Shown: in pieces, positions 36,674-50,700 of the stretch | Layout: every line of letters starts with the position of its first letter | Numbering within the stretch: position 1 is the first letter of the stretch | Source of the DNA: Octopus sinensis | Lineage: Eukaryota | DNA length: 64,000 bases | Direction: 5' to 3' | NCBI RefSeq assembly: GCF_006345805.1 | Contig: NC_042997.1 | Span: 188,914,001 to 188,978,000, forward strand | Notes under the pieces: model-generated | What the model saw: the letters and a program-made list of their open reading frames with translations, nothing else | Told to the model about the DNA's origin: nothing | Databases searched by the model: none | Position numbers and translations under genes: made by a program

Positions 36674-37834
36674 TGACTGGAGCTATACAACAACTGCAAT
36701 AATCAAAGCAAATATTTAAATTTTGAGAATCCTTTAACATATTGTACAATAAAGAAAAATGGTGTCAAATTTTAAATAAAAAACTTACATAAATTAAGAA
36801 AAAATAAATAATGATTTATTAATTTAACTTAAAGCCATAGGCATGTGAAATTAAATGACTTAAAGATGTATCTTTAAATAAATTTTTCTTGCTTTCTTGA
36901 GACTACTTTATTTTAGCTTGCCTGAGAACAATTTTTTCAATGGACAATAGTCTGATATATGAGCTGCATGTCCTGTCCTGCATAATTGGGAATGCATATG
37001 TATCAAAAGTTATAAGAAACTGAATAAACCAGCTTGGGAAATAACTAGAAATTTGGAATCTAGTTGGTATTTACAGGAGTTGAAGTTAGAATATAAAGGG
37101 ACAAAGCAGTCTATATTGTGACACATTTCTTAAATACAAGTGAAGGTAATTATATTGAAGAAGGACCAAAACTGAATTACAAAGATACCAGAAGCCTGTC
37201 TCCGCTTCATGCCATTTGCATTATGTATTCCCACTTTACATTAACACAAGACTACCATACTTAGAGAGGAGGTGTAATTGATAGATTTACTTTAATTTAC
37301 TATGAACCATATCAGAACACCACCTTCAAAAGTTTTTATCCAACCATATTACCCCAGTATTCTGTTTGGCACTTATTTTATTGACTTTGTAAAAGAAAAA
37401 GGCAAAGCTGATCTTAATGCAAGGAAACATAATCAAATACCTGAAGGTAATCTTGTCCAATAATTCTGCCTTGCCACATTCATGTACATATATTTCCTAG
37501 GAGCATCTGTGCTGTTTCTGTCCACCAACTTTCATTCAAAAGGAATGCTCTGGTCAAATTGAAGCTATGGTAGAAGATACTTGCTCAAGATGCTGCACAG
37601 TCAGATTGAATCTAGAACCAAGTAATTATGAAGTGAACCTCTTAACCAAAGAGCCATACCTTCATTTATTGTAAATTGCCATCATAATCAACAATGCTAG
37701 ATTTCATTCTTTCTTATGAACTAGAAAAGGAGAGAGCAACAATAGTAACTACCTTCTCAACCTATTCTCTACAACTTTCACTTCTTGGAAAATATAGTTT
37801 GATGATTTTGTTTAGTGTATAATAGTTTTTTAAT

Positions 37835-38105
37835 GCAGCATTCGAGTGTGATCGTTACCAGCATCGCCTTACTGGCACTTATGCCCATGCTAGTAGAGTG
37901 CCAAGAGCACCATCTGAGCGTGATCGTTGCCAGAGCGGCTAACTACAGTCTCGGAATGGTTGGCGTTAGGAAGGGCATCCATCTGTAGAAACTCTGCCTG
38001 ATCAAGATTGGAGCCTGGTGCAGCCATCTGGTTCACCAGCCCTCAGTCAAAATCGTCCAACCCATGGTAGCATGGAAAGCGGACGTTAAATGAAGATGAT
38101 GATGA
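37835..38105 (+). mobile_element. RTE LINE 3' tail
   Basis: Same tail as 19060-19212. Confidence 0.8.
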
Positions 38106-38710
38106 TAATGAGTAATGTTGCAGTCTATCAGATCAAGATCTTTTACAAACCAGTCCAATAATACAACACTTTATTTTTTACTTCTGTTCTTTTAACATAT
38201 TTTTCCACACAATAACATTTGGTTGGCGATGTCTTTGACTTTCCCTGACTCTTGTACCAGCTGCATTTCATCTGTCTTGCCTGACATTTTTAGGCCTGTC
38301 ACCAATGCTAACAAATGCAACTATATTTACAACATTGAGGACATTTTTGCTATCTAAGTAGGCTTGTTATAATTGTTTTGATTCTGTTGAAATATCCATT
38401 TCTCATTCCCATTCTCTTTATACACAGTTTTATTCTCAGCTGGACACAAATACTTATAGAATACATAATTATTCAGGCCCTGTAATATCACCGCATGGCA
38501 CCTTGAGCAAGTGTTCTGTTATAACATTGAGCCAATCAAATCCCTGTGAGTGAATTTGGTAGGTAGAGGAAGCTCTATTGTGTATATATGTGTGTGTGTG
38601 AAAGTACTTGTACCTCCTTTGATAGGAGTTTCAAATCATCAGTCCAACTTGTCAATCTGTCTCTTGTGGTTAACTGCCTGTAGTTTTTCCAGTCCAAATT
38701 TTATTTTAAT

Positions 38711-38892
38711 TGTGTCTAGGGAGAGTGATTCTCTTTTAGTGCCTTATTATTTAACACAGTCAAGACTATTGAAAAGGTTGCAAGACGCAACGAAAATTTT
38801 AGGAAATAAAAAAAATAGGAAATAAGTGGAAATTTTACTGGTGAGTGTGTTAAATAATAAGGCACTAAAAGAGAATGACTCTCCCCAGACAC
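38711..38892. mobile_element. Inverted-repeat element (approx. 47-bp arms), probable MITE
   Basis: TGTGTCTAGGGAGAGTGATTCTCTTTTAGTGCCTTATTATTTAACACA and its reverse complement at about 38845-38892. Confidence 0.7.
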
Positions 38893-40189
38893 AACAGAAT
38901 ATGCTTCAACACACGAACTCATATAAAGAATCTTGCAAACCAAATCCAAAAACGAAATATAATAAGTTTTATTTTAATGTTTTTTCTAAACTGTTTCAAA
39001 TCACTGAGGATACTTACTCTCAAAACGAGGACTATTTGCTGTATATAAGGTCATCCACTTAGTGGAACAATTTATAAATTACTGGGCCAGTAGTTTGATG
39101 TGTCAGTAATTTGTTATTCGCTGTGGGGAACCTCATATATGAAGCCATATGTGTACTAAAGTAAACAGTAAGATCTGAGAAAACTAGTGATGGTCTATGT
39201 TGGAAATTAGTGAGTTTAAGCAGTTCAAAAAGGGACTAAACAGGTTTCACTTGAGGAAGAAGGAAAAAAAATTAACATTTTAGGTGGTACCTAGTTTTGG
39301 TTTATTCATCTTGATGTAAGTTGGGGATATTGGGTTGTGAAGTGTGTTAAATGACAAATATCAATAATTTTTATGATGGTTTTAATCCCAAAGGTTTTCC
39401 AGTTGCCAAAACCGGTGGTGGGAACCAATGAAAAATCATAATGTTGGAATATGTTTTTGTTGATATAATTTTATTTAAAACTGACTTTTTTAATTACTCA
39501 CCCATGCTAGTCGTCCAACCCATGCTAGTTGTCCAACCTATGCTAGTGGTCGTCCAACCCATGCTAGCATGGAAAGCAGACGTTAAACGATGATGATGAT
39601 GATGAAGAATTTTAAAATTCACAAGTAATGAAAAATTAATAAAGAAGTAATTTAGATTTCTTGTAATTACTTGTTTAAGGTAACAAATGAAAATCTGAAG
39701 AAATTTAAAACAAATTCTAAGAAAATTAAAAATAAAATAATAGGGTTGCTTATTCTGAAGCAATAACTTTTTTTTTTTCACATTTTGTTAGAATTTTCAT
39801 AACTAATCATATTTTATAAAATATGTTTAACAGTAGAAAAATTTTTTGAAATGTAACTTTGCTTGATGGATGTTAACTTTGATTCAGCCTTCCAATGTAA
39901 AAATATTCTTCACCTCTGAACAAAGCTGTTCAGAGCAAGTGTTAATTACATACATTTAATTTAATTTTAAGGAAGATAACCTTTCAATTTCTATTGTTAC
40001 CAACATAGTAGGCTCATGACTTGTTATTTTTGTTTCTTTTGCTTACATTTTTTTTTGTTTTTATGAAATGAATTTCCTAAATGATTCTCATTTTTCTTTA
40101 ATAGATATCTTATATACTTCTAGATTATCAGGCACATTCTATAGGAGGTTATTTCATTATTATTCTTGTTATCATAATCCATTACTTTT

Positions 40190-40663
40190 ATTATTATTAT
40201 CATTATTATTATTATTACTATTATTATTATCAATTATTATTATTATTATTATCAATTATTATTATTATTATTATCAATTATTATTATTATTATTATTAAT
40301 ATTATTATTATCAATTATTATTATTAATATTATTATTATCAATTATTATTATTATTATTATCATTATTATTATTATTATCAATTATTATTATTATTATTA
40401 TTATTATCATTATTATTATTAATATTATTATTATCAATTATTATTATTATTATTAAGGCGGTAAACTGGCAGAATCATTAGCATGCCAGGCAAAATGCTT
40501 AGCAGTATTTCGTTTGTTGCTATGTTCTGAGTTCAAATTCTGCCGAGGCCAAATTTACCTTTCTTTCATTCCTTTTGGGGTTGATAAAATAAGTACCAGT
40601 TGAGTACTGGAATCGACTCATCCCCTCCCCCAGAATTCCTGCCCTTGTGGCAAAATTTGAAAC

Positions 40664-40702
<39 letters not shown>

Positions 40703-41160
40703 GGTGGCGAGCTGGCAGAATTGTTAGCAATACTTTGCCTGTTGCTGCATTCTGATTTCAAGTTCCGCCAGGGTTGACTTTGCTTTTATTCTTTCGGGGG
40801 TCGATAAATTAAGTACCAGTTGAGAACTGGGGTCGATGTAATTGACTATCCTACTCCCCCAAATTTCAGGCCTTGTGCCTATAATAGAAAGGATCATCAT
40901 TATTATCATTATTATCATTATATTATTATTATTTAAGGTGGTGAGCTGGCAGAATCGTTAGCACACTGGGCAAAGTGCTGTTAAGCATTTTGCCCATCTT
41001 TATGTTCTGAGTTCAAATTCTTCTGAGGTTGGCTTTGGCTCTCATCCTTTTAGAGTTGATTAAATAAGTACCAGTTACGCACTGGGTTCGATGTAATAGA
41101 CTTAATCCCTTCCCCCAAATTGAGGCCTTGTGCTTCCAGTAGAAGGATTATTATTATTAT
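40190..41160 (+). repeat. (TAT)n array hosting three family B SINEs (approx. 40456, 40702, 40935)
   Basis: Each SINE starts AAGG(C/T)GG directly after (TAT)n and ends in (ATT)n. Confidence 0.85.
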
Positions 41161-41164
41161 TATT

Positions 41165-41480
41165 ATTATCATTATTATTATTCAGTAGTTTTATTTTTAT
41201 AGAGTGTTTTCACTTCATTACCGAGCGCAGCTCTGTGTGCCTTTGCTATGTGCTGTGATGCTCTTATGGTTACTGTATTGAAAGTGTTTTGCATAGGATG
41301 TATGCAGTGCCCAGTAGTGCAATTTTCTGTATGTTATATATATTTGTAAGTCCTAGTGTTTTTGTTATGTATTTGTCTGAATATTTTTTTTATCATACCT
41401 AATGTGCCTACTATGATAGGAATTGTTTCTGTTTTTAGATTCCACATTCGAGTTACCTCTATTTCCAGGCCTTTGTATTT
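41165..41480 (-). mobile_element. R4/Dong-clade LINE 3' fragment (restriction-like endonuclease C-terminus)
   Basis: Minus strand KYKGLEIEVTRMWNLKTETIPIIVGTLG...IQKIALLGTAYIL; both ends in (TAA)n, the known Dong target. Confidence 0.85.
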
Positions 41481-41493
41481 TTATTATTATTTT

Positions 41494-41525
<32 letters not shown>

Positions 41526-42443
41526 TTTTTTTTTTACTTCAGGAAGAAATGGTTTGGAAGATGTGAAAGTCCTGTGGTTGAAGAATAAAAAACAAAAACA
41601 GAAACTGCTTTTTAGTCTGTGATGATATAGTAAATGCATTCCTTAAATTTCAAGTTTTATATAAAGGCAATTATTCTTTTCAAGAAACATTTTCATTTAC
41701 CTTATTTGTTGAAACCACCCATCCTCCAATATATGTCAATATTTAACATTCCAAAGAAAAAACTCTAGTTCTGGGTATGAATGTTTGAAATAAAATTAGA
41801 AAACAAATATTGTTCATGGATGAGTTTTTCACATTTCAGAACTAAGGCGATTTTAAAACATAACCTTTAGTGAGGGAAGTAGAGTTGATTATATCAACTA
41901 AATTACTTTTTAGAAACTGAGAAACGTAAAAAAAAAAAAAAGAAATAATAATGGTCTTCGATTTTGGCAGAAGGCAACCAATTTTCAAGTGCAATTAACA
42001 CCGGTACTTAGATTGGTATTTTATTTCATTGACCCTGAAATGGTGAAAGTTGAAGTTGGCCTTGGTGGAAATTGAACTGAGAATGTAAAGAGCTGGAACA
42101 AATACTATGAACCATTTTTACTCAATACTCTAATGATTCTGCCAGCTTGCCAATAATAAAACAATGTAGGAGTTCTATGTGGGTGCTTGACTTGCTAGAC
42201 ATAGTACCCAAATTTCCCTTAAACCATTTCCTAACACCTTTAAAAGGAATACATTGGCAGGACATCTTTAAATTGTGGGACTGTTCAATCAGGGTGAAAT
42301 TAGAATTAAAGAATAAAAGGGTATCTTGTTGATAATGAGAGTAAAAACTGACTATAAAAGATGCATGGATTAATCTGGGGGGTTTTCAGTCATTTGGTGC
42401 CATGAGATGAAGAGGATGGGATGTAACAATTGATGATGATTAA

Positions 42444-42665
42444 CTCTTTTGTTACTGTATTTATTTTGAGATGCTCTGTGTTTCTTTCAATTACTTTAAA
42501 TATAATAAAGAATTTAGTAAAATAACTTAGTTATCATTCAGCTTGTGTTAGAAAACATAGTTTGGGACTAAGGTTTGGGGGAAAATTTTAATTCAAAACA
42601 TTTGAAAACTAGGTATTTGTACTATGGAGCCAGAGCCAGTTTCAGCCGCGTTGGTAATGAAAGGG
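42444..42665. mobile_element. piggyBac-like MITE (inverted copy)
   Basis: Flanked by TTAA; reverse complement of 18644-18863. Confidence 0.8.
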
Positions 42666-42837
42666 TTAAAGAATTGACCATGACTTAAAATAGTTGGAAG
42701 TGTAATAGTCACCAAATAGTGTGTGTGGTTGTGTGTGTGTGTGCATATTCATTGTTCTAAGTTACGGATCCATTTTCATATGTACTAATTTTATTAATTA
42801 CCATCAATAATCTCATTTTTTACTTTTCTGTTTACAG

Positions 42838-43030
42838 TCTTGTATTTCTTAGTCTAACGATATTTATTTGCCACTTTTCAATTTTGCTGAGACAGGTAAA
42901 TAAAAACTGTAACTTCAATTGCACGTGCATTACTTATTTATTTAAAATCTGAGAAAGTATCTTACAATATTCACATATGTATACTTAACTCTGAAAAACA
43001 TACTTCAATAAATATACTTAACTATCTTGC
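42838..43030 (+). other. Candidate non-coding 3' exon of sulfiredoxin
   Basis: Branch-like TACTAAT (42783), long pyrimidine tract and TTACAG acceptor (AG at 42836-42837); AATAAA at 42899 and about 43007. Confidence 0.4.
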
Positions 43031-44324
43031 CTTCCTGTAATACATCTTTTGTAAGGAGCATGGTTACAAGTTTGCCATGACTGCATCTTCTTAGGTCTTC
43101 TTTTGATCTGCTTCTACAAAGAGGCACCATTCAATACTAGTTTACTGAATCTTTTCATGTAAAGGAAAATAAAGTCATACACACAATGTTAAAATTTAGG
43201 ATTATAGAACCATTGGCACATTTGTCCGTTGTTACGTTTGAAGTTCAAATTCCACCAAGGCTGACTTTGTCTTTCATTCCTTTCAGGGTCGATAAAATAA
43301 GTACCTGTTGAGCACTGGGGTCGATGTAAATTGACAAGCCAACACTCTTAAATTTTCGACCTTGTGCACTTAGTACAAAGAATTATTGTTATTATTATAC
43401 TTGATAATTAAAATCGGGGGTCCTATAATGCTTCTGTGAAAGTCTGGCCAACTTAGTCAGTTGAACAACACAATGTAAAATAATTACAATAATACACTCT
43501 TTCATTCATATTATTACTTCAAGCAACTAGGCTGTGGCCATACTTGGGAGAAGCTGTCTAGATTTTAAGCGTCTTTATTGAAACGCAGTGCATAGATGAC
43601 AGAAAGGAACACAAAAGATGACATTAAAAATTTTATAGAACTATTAAATTAGAACCATATGATTACTGGCTTAGTCTGATCCTATGGTTACTGCAGCTGA
43701 TGTTCTTTACTATAGCCATGAGTTGACATGTTTTCATGGAATATTGGAAACGAAGAACATTGCTTGTGTAATGGTGATACTTGCTTAAGCCTAGGAGACA
43801 CAATCACATTCACGCATGCACGCACACACAAACACACGATGGGCTTCTTTTTAGTTTCCATTTACTAAATCCACTCCTAAAGCTTTGGTAGGCTTGAGGC
43901 CGTAGTAGAGGGCATTTATCCTTGGTGCTACAAAGTGAGACTGAACCGAAAACCTTGTAGTTGGGAAGCAAACTTTTTAACCACACATCTACGTCTGTAC
44001 ATATTTACAGTATTCTTCTAATGTATAGAAGTAAAACTTAATATTTACATTTTGCTGTTACAATTAAATAATCTTTTGCTTATGAGCTCTTAGTCTGATA
44101 TTTAACTCTGGTGTCATCACAGTACTGCAAACGATTAGGCTCGTATTTCAATGCCTTCCATATTTGATTCGTTTAAATTAAAATTTCAGGGTTATTTCCC
44201 TTGTCAATTTTTTTTTATATACCACACTTAGAAAATGGTTGGTTCTCAAGACTGATTAAAACTTTATAGTTTACAATCTCAAGTACGCAGTACCCACTTT
44301 ATCAGACAGACACACACATACACA

Positions 44325-44703
44325 GAGGAATGGCTGTGTGGTAAGTAGCTTGCTTACCAACCACATGGTTCAGTCCCACTGCGTGGCACCTTGGGCAAGT
44401 GTCTTCTACTGTAGCCTCGGGCCGACCAAAGCCTTGTGAGTGGATTTGGTAGACGGAAACTGAAAGAAGCCCGTCATATATGTGTGTGTGTATGTATATG
44501 TTTGTGTGTCTGTGTTTGTCCCCCCTACATCGCTTGACAGCCGATAGCGGTGTGTTTACGTCCCCGTAACTTAGCGGTTCGGCAAGAGCGCCCGATAGAA
44601 TAAGTACTAGGCTTAGAAAGTATAAGTCCTGGGGTTGATTTGCTCGACTAAAGGCGGTGCTCCAGTATGGCCGCAGTCAAATGACTGAAACAAATAAAAG
44701 AAT
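44325..44703 (+). mobile_element. SINE family A, near full length
   Basis: Head, CORE-like region, microsatellite and GGCGGTGCTCCAG..GACTGAAAC tail. Confidence 0.88.
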
Positions 44704-44709
44704 ATATAT

Positions 44710-44786
<77 letters not shown>

Positions 44787-46998
44787 CAAAATGGGACAAG
44801 AACGCAAAACATTCAGCTAGACGATACAAAGAAATACAAGGACGGGTCATTCGGTGTTTTTTTTCCTCAGTCGAGTTCCAGATTATCTTTGCAATTTTGG
44901 CTGGTTATACTCGAGATTGCTCCAATCTGGCTAGCCCCAAGGAAAAACTAAGAGCATTGGATTCCTTGGAACAAAGCAGCGAATGTATACGAAAACAAGA
45001 GCGGAAAAAACGGAGAATTGTCTAAGTAGCATCATAGCCCCCCCCCCCCCCCGCCACGACAAATCAATGCACTAGGTCCTGTGGTATTCATTGACAGAAA
45101 AACGCAGCTTACATAGATCAGAATTGATCCCCTAGACCCATGACGTACCCAGGCAACTGTCAAGTGTGCCCATGCCTTAAGAGGGCACCGCTGCAGGCAT
45201 TTTGTTAAATCTCTGGACAGGTCATTAATCGTACTTTTCGGGTTGAAGACCATTCATAGAACTTCTTTCAGGTAGAAAAATGTGATAAATAAAGATCCTA
45301 GTCAGGTAGATATTTATCTCTCAACCCTTTAGTGTCACTGAACTCCCACTTACTCTATCCAATCCTCTGTACCACTTCATTTTTATACCCCTCCCTGTAA
45401 CTTAAGGGTGTGCCCCAATTTATCTTCTTCACCATCTCTCTCTCTCTCCTTTCCTTTTTGCAATTAAGGTAGTCATGTATCTCCTTTACTGCAAGACACC
45501 TGTTTGCTCCCTTTTATTATAGCGTAACCTTTTATCAACTGGCACAAGGCCACCTTCCATGAAACTACTCTCTTGTCTTGTAAGTTACTTGGTGATCTCG
45601 CTGGTGCTGGTGCCCGTAAAATGCACCAAGTATATTCTGTAAAGTAGTTGGCGTTAGAAATGGCACCCAGCAGTAGAAACCATGCTAAAGCAGACAGTAG
45701 AGCTTGGTATAGTCTTCTGGATACCAGCTCCTGTCAAACTGTCTAACCCATGCCAGCATGGAAATCAGACAGAAAATAATGATGATGATGATGAGGATGA
45801 TAAAATTAGATGTATAGGTCCTCAACAAATGTGGATATTTGTTTAATAGTATGAAACAAAAGAACGGAAGATAACTCTTGCACAAATGGTTCTGCTAGAA
45901 GTAATTGTTTCACAAGTAAACCATCGTGACGAATACTAATCGACTTTTTTGTTTTCCACATGAAACGGAAAGTAAGGCTGGAGAAGAAATGCCTGTCGCA
46001 AAGTGTGTTTCGTAAAAGATGGAAGTCTATAGCAAGTATGTTGCGAGTGAAAGAATCTGTTTAAACGAGAATATAAAATGGAGAAAGCAAAGTCTTCAGT
46101 GTGAGAATGTGGTTTGTGGGGTCCTCAACCGCGTCCTCCGCTTCAATTTTTGTAAATCGCTCATTCTCATTTAATTGTATATATTTTAATTGTTTGTTTA
46201 TTCATACGTTTCGTCTCATTCGAAACCCTGACCCCAATGTTTGTTTCGTCTGTCCTCGGATCGTCCCCTCTTTTTCTCAACCTCATGGTTAATAAAGAAA
46301 TTTACTGTTATAAATGAAGTCTTTCAAAACTATAAATCCCCTAACTAGCAGAAAGTTACGGGGTTACCAATGAAAAGTTTGCTACTGGCAAATTTAAATG
46401 TAGAAAACTGGGATAGAAAGCGTTTGTTTGTCATAAGATATAGGAATAAAATATGTCAGTGGTTTCGTTATTATAAACGATGTGTTTATTATAAACATCT
46501 GTCTATTTATACTCACAAACAAGTGAGTTTGTTGGTTATTATGCATGTGGGTCTGTGATGCCTTGTCATGTTACGTATGCGTATGCGAAGCTTTGTAAGC
46601 AATACTCGAAAGAAAAAAATAGCCAGAGAACAGCTGCTCTTCAGCTATCATTCGATGCCTATCTTCACACTCGACAATACCAATATGAAATGTTCTTATA
46701 GCTGACATAATACAGTTCACAGACAGAAGGTAGTACAAAAGCCTCACCACACTTAATTCACATGCGCGCGCATTTGAGGATATGTATGTATATATATATA
46801 TATTCCAATTCATGTACACATTTTGGTATATAATTATATACGTATACTACATACACACACACACAAATATCTTTATGTATTTGCATATATGTGTGCGTAT
46901 ATATATATATATATATATCAATATATATAGATAGATGTGTGTATTTTTCCCTTGTAAGCAATTAACACGGAAAAATAGATAAATGGTTACCAGGGTAT

Positions 46999-47031
<33 letters not shown>

Positions 47032-47035
<4 letters not shown>

Positions 47036-47730
47036 TACAGGACGTCACAAAATGTAAACAACATGAAATACGAAGACAAACTTTTTTGCGAACAACGAGA
47101 GAAACAAATGGAAAACAAGACAAGTAACATAAAGAACGACCCTTCATCTGTTGTTGGCTGTTTATCTACTCCACATTTCGAGCATTTCACGACAATGTGT
47201 GCCTTCAAGAAAGCAGTTACTACCGCAAACCAAAATAAAATTTGGGATTTTGCGGAGGGTCAAAGTTGGCAACAAAAACAGGACAGTTAAACAAATAGTG
47301 AGGGCTGCTAAGCCAGACGGGGTAAGGTGGCGAACACGGAGGAACATTTTTTGACAGGAGAAAAGATAGGAGAGGAGATAGACAAGAATACATCTGGTTT
47401 GTGCAACAGACCGGAAGAAAAGAAAAATGAACACGCGTGGAAAAAAAGATGGACGATGGTCACGTGTGAGCAACGAGAGAGAAAAGGAGGGAAAAGGAGA
47501 GAGAGAGATAGAGACAGAGGGACAAACAGAAAACAGTGAAGGAGAAAAAAGAATTAGAGAAAGGACGAGAGGGAAAAAACGAAAGGGAGAGAAGAGGAGA
47601 AAAAAATTAGAGACATGAAGAGAGAGAGAGAGAGAACAATATGGAGGAGGAGGCACATATTTTGAATTGCTCGAAATGTAGGGTAGATAAACAGTCGACA
47701 ACTGATGAAGGGTCGTTCTTTATGTTACTT
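47032..47730. mobile_element. (TA)n-anchored element with 65-bp inverted repeat (probable Penelope-like remnant)
   Basis: About 47120-47185 is inverted at about 47667-47730; begins directly after (TA)n and truncates the adjacent Gypsy integrase. Confidence 0.5.
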
Positions 47731-50700
47731 GCCAGTGAACAGTTTCGGTGTGCTTTTAAGAACGCGATAGGCTCCAGTGTAGGGGGGTGTGAGCGGTCCC
47801 TTGACGGTGTCATTTCTTGCAAACACGTGAATCCAAGTAGAAATATCAGGTGGCACTGCAGAGGAAATAGACTAGTCACGAGGAAGCATTAGTGACAGGT
47901 CGGCAAAGAATGACCAGAGTCGCGTGACGTAAGATGTGGGGTCCACATTCGGTAAGTCGATAGGCACCAACATTTGTGCAGGTGGTGCCATACAGGAACT
48001 CAGCGGAGGAATAGCCTAAGTCCTCATTGACAGCTGAGCGGCACCCTAGCAGAACAATGGGGAGAAACTCGGACCAACGATGAGGGTCAGGAACTGTGCA
48101 AATAGCGGCTTCGAGCTGTCGGTGGAATCTTTTCACTATTCCATTTGCGACGGGATGGTAACTGGTGGTGCGGATGTGCTGAACTCCGAGCAATCTCGAA
48201 AGCTCACGGAACAGACAAGCTTCTAATTGGCGTCCACGATCAGTAGTAATTCTAGAGAGTACTCTGAAGCGAGATGTCCACCCAGAGATGAGTACTCTGC
48301 AGACAGTTTCCGCGGAAATGTTCACGAGAAGGATAGCTTTAGGCCATCTGGAGAACGGTTGATGAAGGTCAATATATAAGTAAATCTGCAACTGACCGAC
48401 CAAGGACCAACCAGGTCGATGTGTATGTGACGGAACCTGGTATCTAGTGGCTTGAAGTGTCCAAGAGGTTCTCTCACGTGACGATGCACTTCGGAACGCT
48501 GACATGGTAGACAAGCACGTGACCAAACAATAATAGACCGTTGCATATTCAGCCAGAAAAAGCGGGCCGAGATAAGCGTACTGTGGCCGCAATGCCGGGG
48601 TATGACAGTGAATGCAGTGCTTCAAAAAACAGCACGACGTTGACATTCGGGAACGAGGGGTCGTGGTGACCCAGTAGAAACATCGCAGAGAATGGTTCCT
48701 TCAGAAAAAGGCAGAGGCAGGTGTTCAAACTTGCAGCAGCAAAACTGTAGAGAAGAGACGTCCAGAGAGTCCAAGGAGGGCTGATCAGTAATCATAGCAA
48801 CCAAATTATTCGAAGCAGGAAACGACAATGTTAGCGAGATAAGGCATCGGCGGGGATGTTGTCAGTGCCAGCGATGTGGTGAATATCATTAGTGAAATAT
48901 ATAATATATAATCCAATTGCTTTGTTTCTCTGGCCGAGTATCGGTCCGTTTTTGCAAAGAGAGTGAACGTTAGCGGTTTGTGATCGGTGAAAATCGCGAA
49001 GTCTCTACCTTCAAGAAGATAAGAGAAATGCTTCACTGCCAAAAAAATTGCTAAGAGTTCTTTAAACAAATACACTATATCTCATTTCGGCATTTTTCAG
49101 CTGGCGCGAGAAAAAGGCTAATAATGGCTGGTTTCGGCTATTTACGGATTGCTCTAAAACTGCTCCTTTAGCAGGTGATGACGCATCGACAGTAAGTGAT
49201 AATTTTGCGTCCGGAAGAGGATGAGCGAGGAATGATGCTTGAACAAGGTCAGCTTCGACAGATTCAAAAGCTTGGATGACTGTAGGAGACAGCGTTATCT
49301 GTGCGTCTTTCTTCCGTTGATCTTTCAAGTGCTGGGTCAAGGGAAGCAACTTCTCCACACATTCAGGAATGAAGCGACGATAATAATTAATTAAACAAAT
49401 AAAATTTCGGAGCTGTTTTAAGGAAACAGGAGGAGACAAGCGTTTGATGGCTTCCACTTTACAGAGAAGCGGCCGAATACCATCGGCGTCAATGAGATGC
49501 CACAAGAATTCCAAACTGGTAGAACCGAAGACACACTTAGCCGGGTTGATCGTCACATCATAGGAACGTAGGCACTTGAACAGCTGAGTCAAATATTGGA
49601 AGTGCTGGTCTGGAGTACCACTGGCGATTAAAAGGTCATCGACGTACGCGAAGACAAAATCTAATCTACGAATGACATCATCAATGAAACTTTGGAACGT
49701 GCTGGCCGCAATACGAACTCCAAACGGCATAGACAAGAATTCAAACGCTCCAAAAGCGTGGTGACAGCTGTCTTTGGAATGACGGGGATTTGAAGGTACG
49801 CGCGTACCAAGTCGATCTTAGAAAAAATTTTTACAGCCATGCAGAGCAGACAAAAAATCCTGAACAGTAGGAAGGGGATAACGATCTGCAACAGTGACGG
49901 TGTTAAGACGTCTAAAATCTGGTCGGAAATCAGTGTCATTCTTCCTGGCCACGTGTAGGGGTGCTGCCCACTATAAGGGACTTTGAAGAATTGGCATCTC
50001 TGATAAAGAACATACGATAGGGTGAATCAATGGGAGAGACGACTGACGTGCCCAGTGCCTCCCTGCCTAGTTTCCCCGAGAAAAGTAGGAGCAGGGTTGT
50101 GTACATTTTTCGGTCTGGTCCTTGAACTTCTTGTGGTACCTGCAGACTGAGGGAGCAGGAAATGCGCGAGAAGGAACGGCGCCTGTTCCTTCCTGCTGAA
50201 TGATCCTACACATGTGTGAAACTTGACGGGTCAGTTCTGCGATAGCCCGCAAGATTTCAGAAGATTGCATGTCGACTGGAGCAGAAGTAGAATCTCAAGA
50301 GGAAGATGAAGAAGCGACAATGTTATCTGCAGAGGATGGTGAGCCGGAAAATTCCATAATCCTGTCTGTGGATGTGGCGAGTTGTTCAAGGGCCGTGTGT
50401 TCCATCATAGGAGCTAAAATCACCTGGACATTAGAAGGCATCCTCGAGAAAAATAGTTGTTTGACAAATGCCTGTTACACAGATGAGCTATCGGACAACT
50501 CTCGGATTCGTCGCAAAAACTGCGTGGGGGTTCGGTCCCCGAGATGCTCATCCCACAAGAGTGTGCGAAATTTACTCTCAGCCGAGGGAGAACCTCAGCT
50601 TTGAAGGTTTCGTAAGTCTATCCGATGGGGTTCCTGTTATCATATCTCACACTGAAAGTGCGAGGGAAGAAGGAATGCCAGTAAAAGCGATGTGGAGTTT

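Noticed and set aside
44840-44880. Hammerhead-like CTGAGGA...CGAA on the minus strand
   Set aside because: No stem II pairing and GAAT instead of GAAA; cannot be folded into a hammerhead.
47665-47730. GAAA...GTC...CTGATGA as a permuted hammerhead
   Set aside because: Stems I and III do not pair properly; at most a decayed relic.
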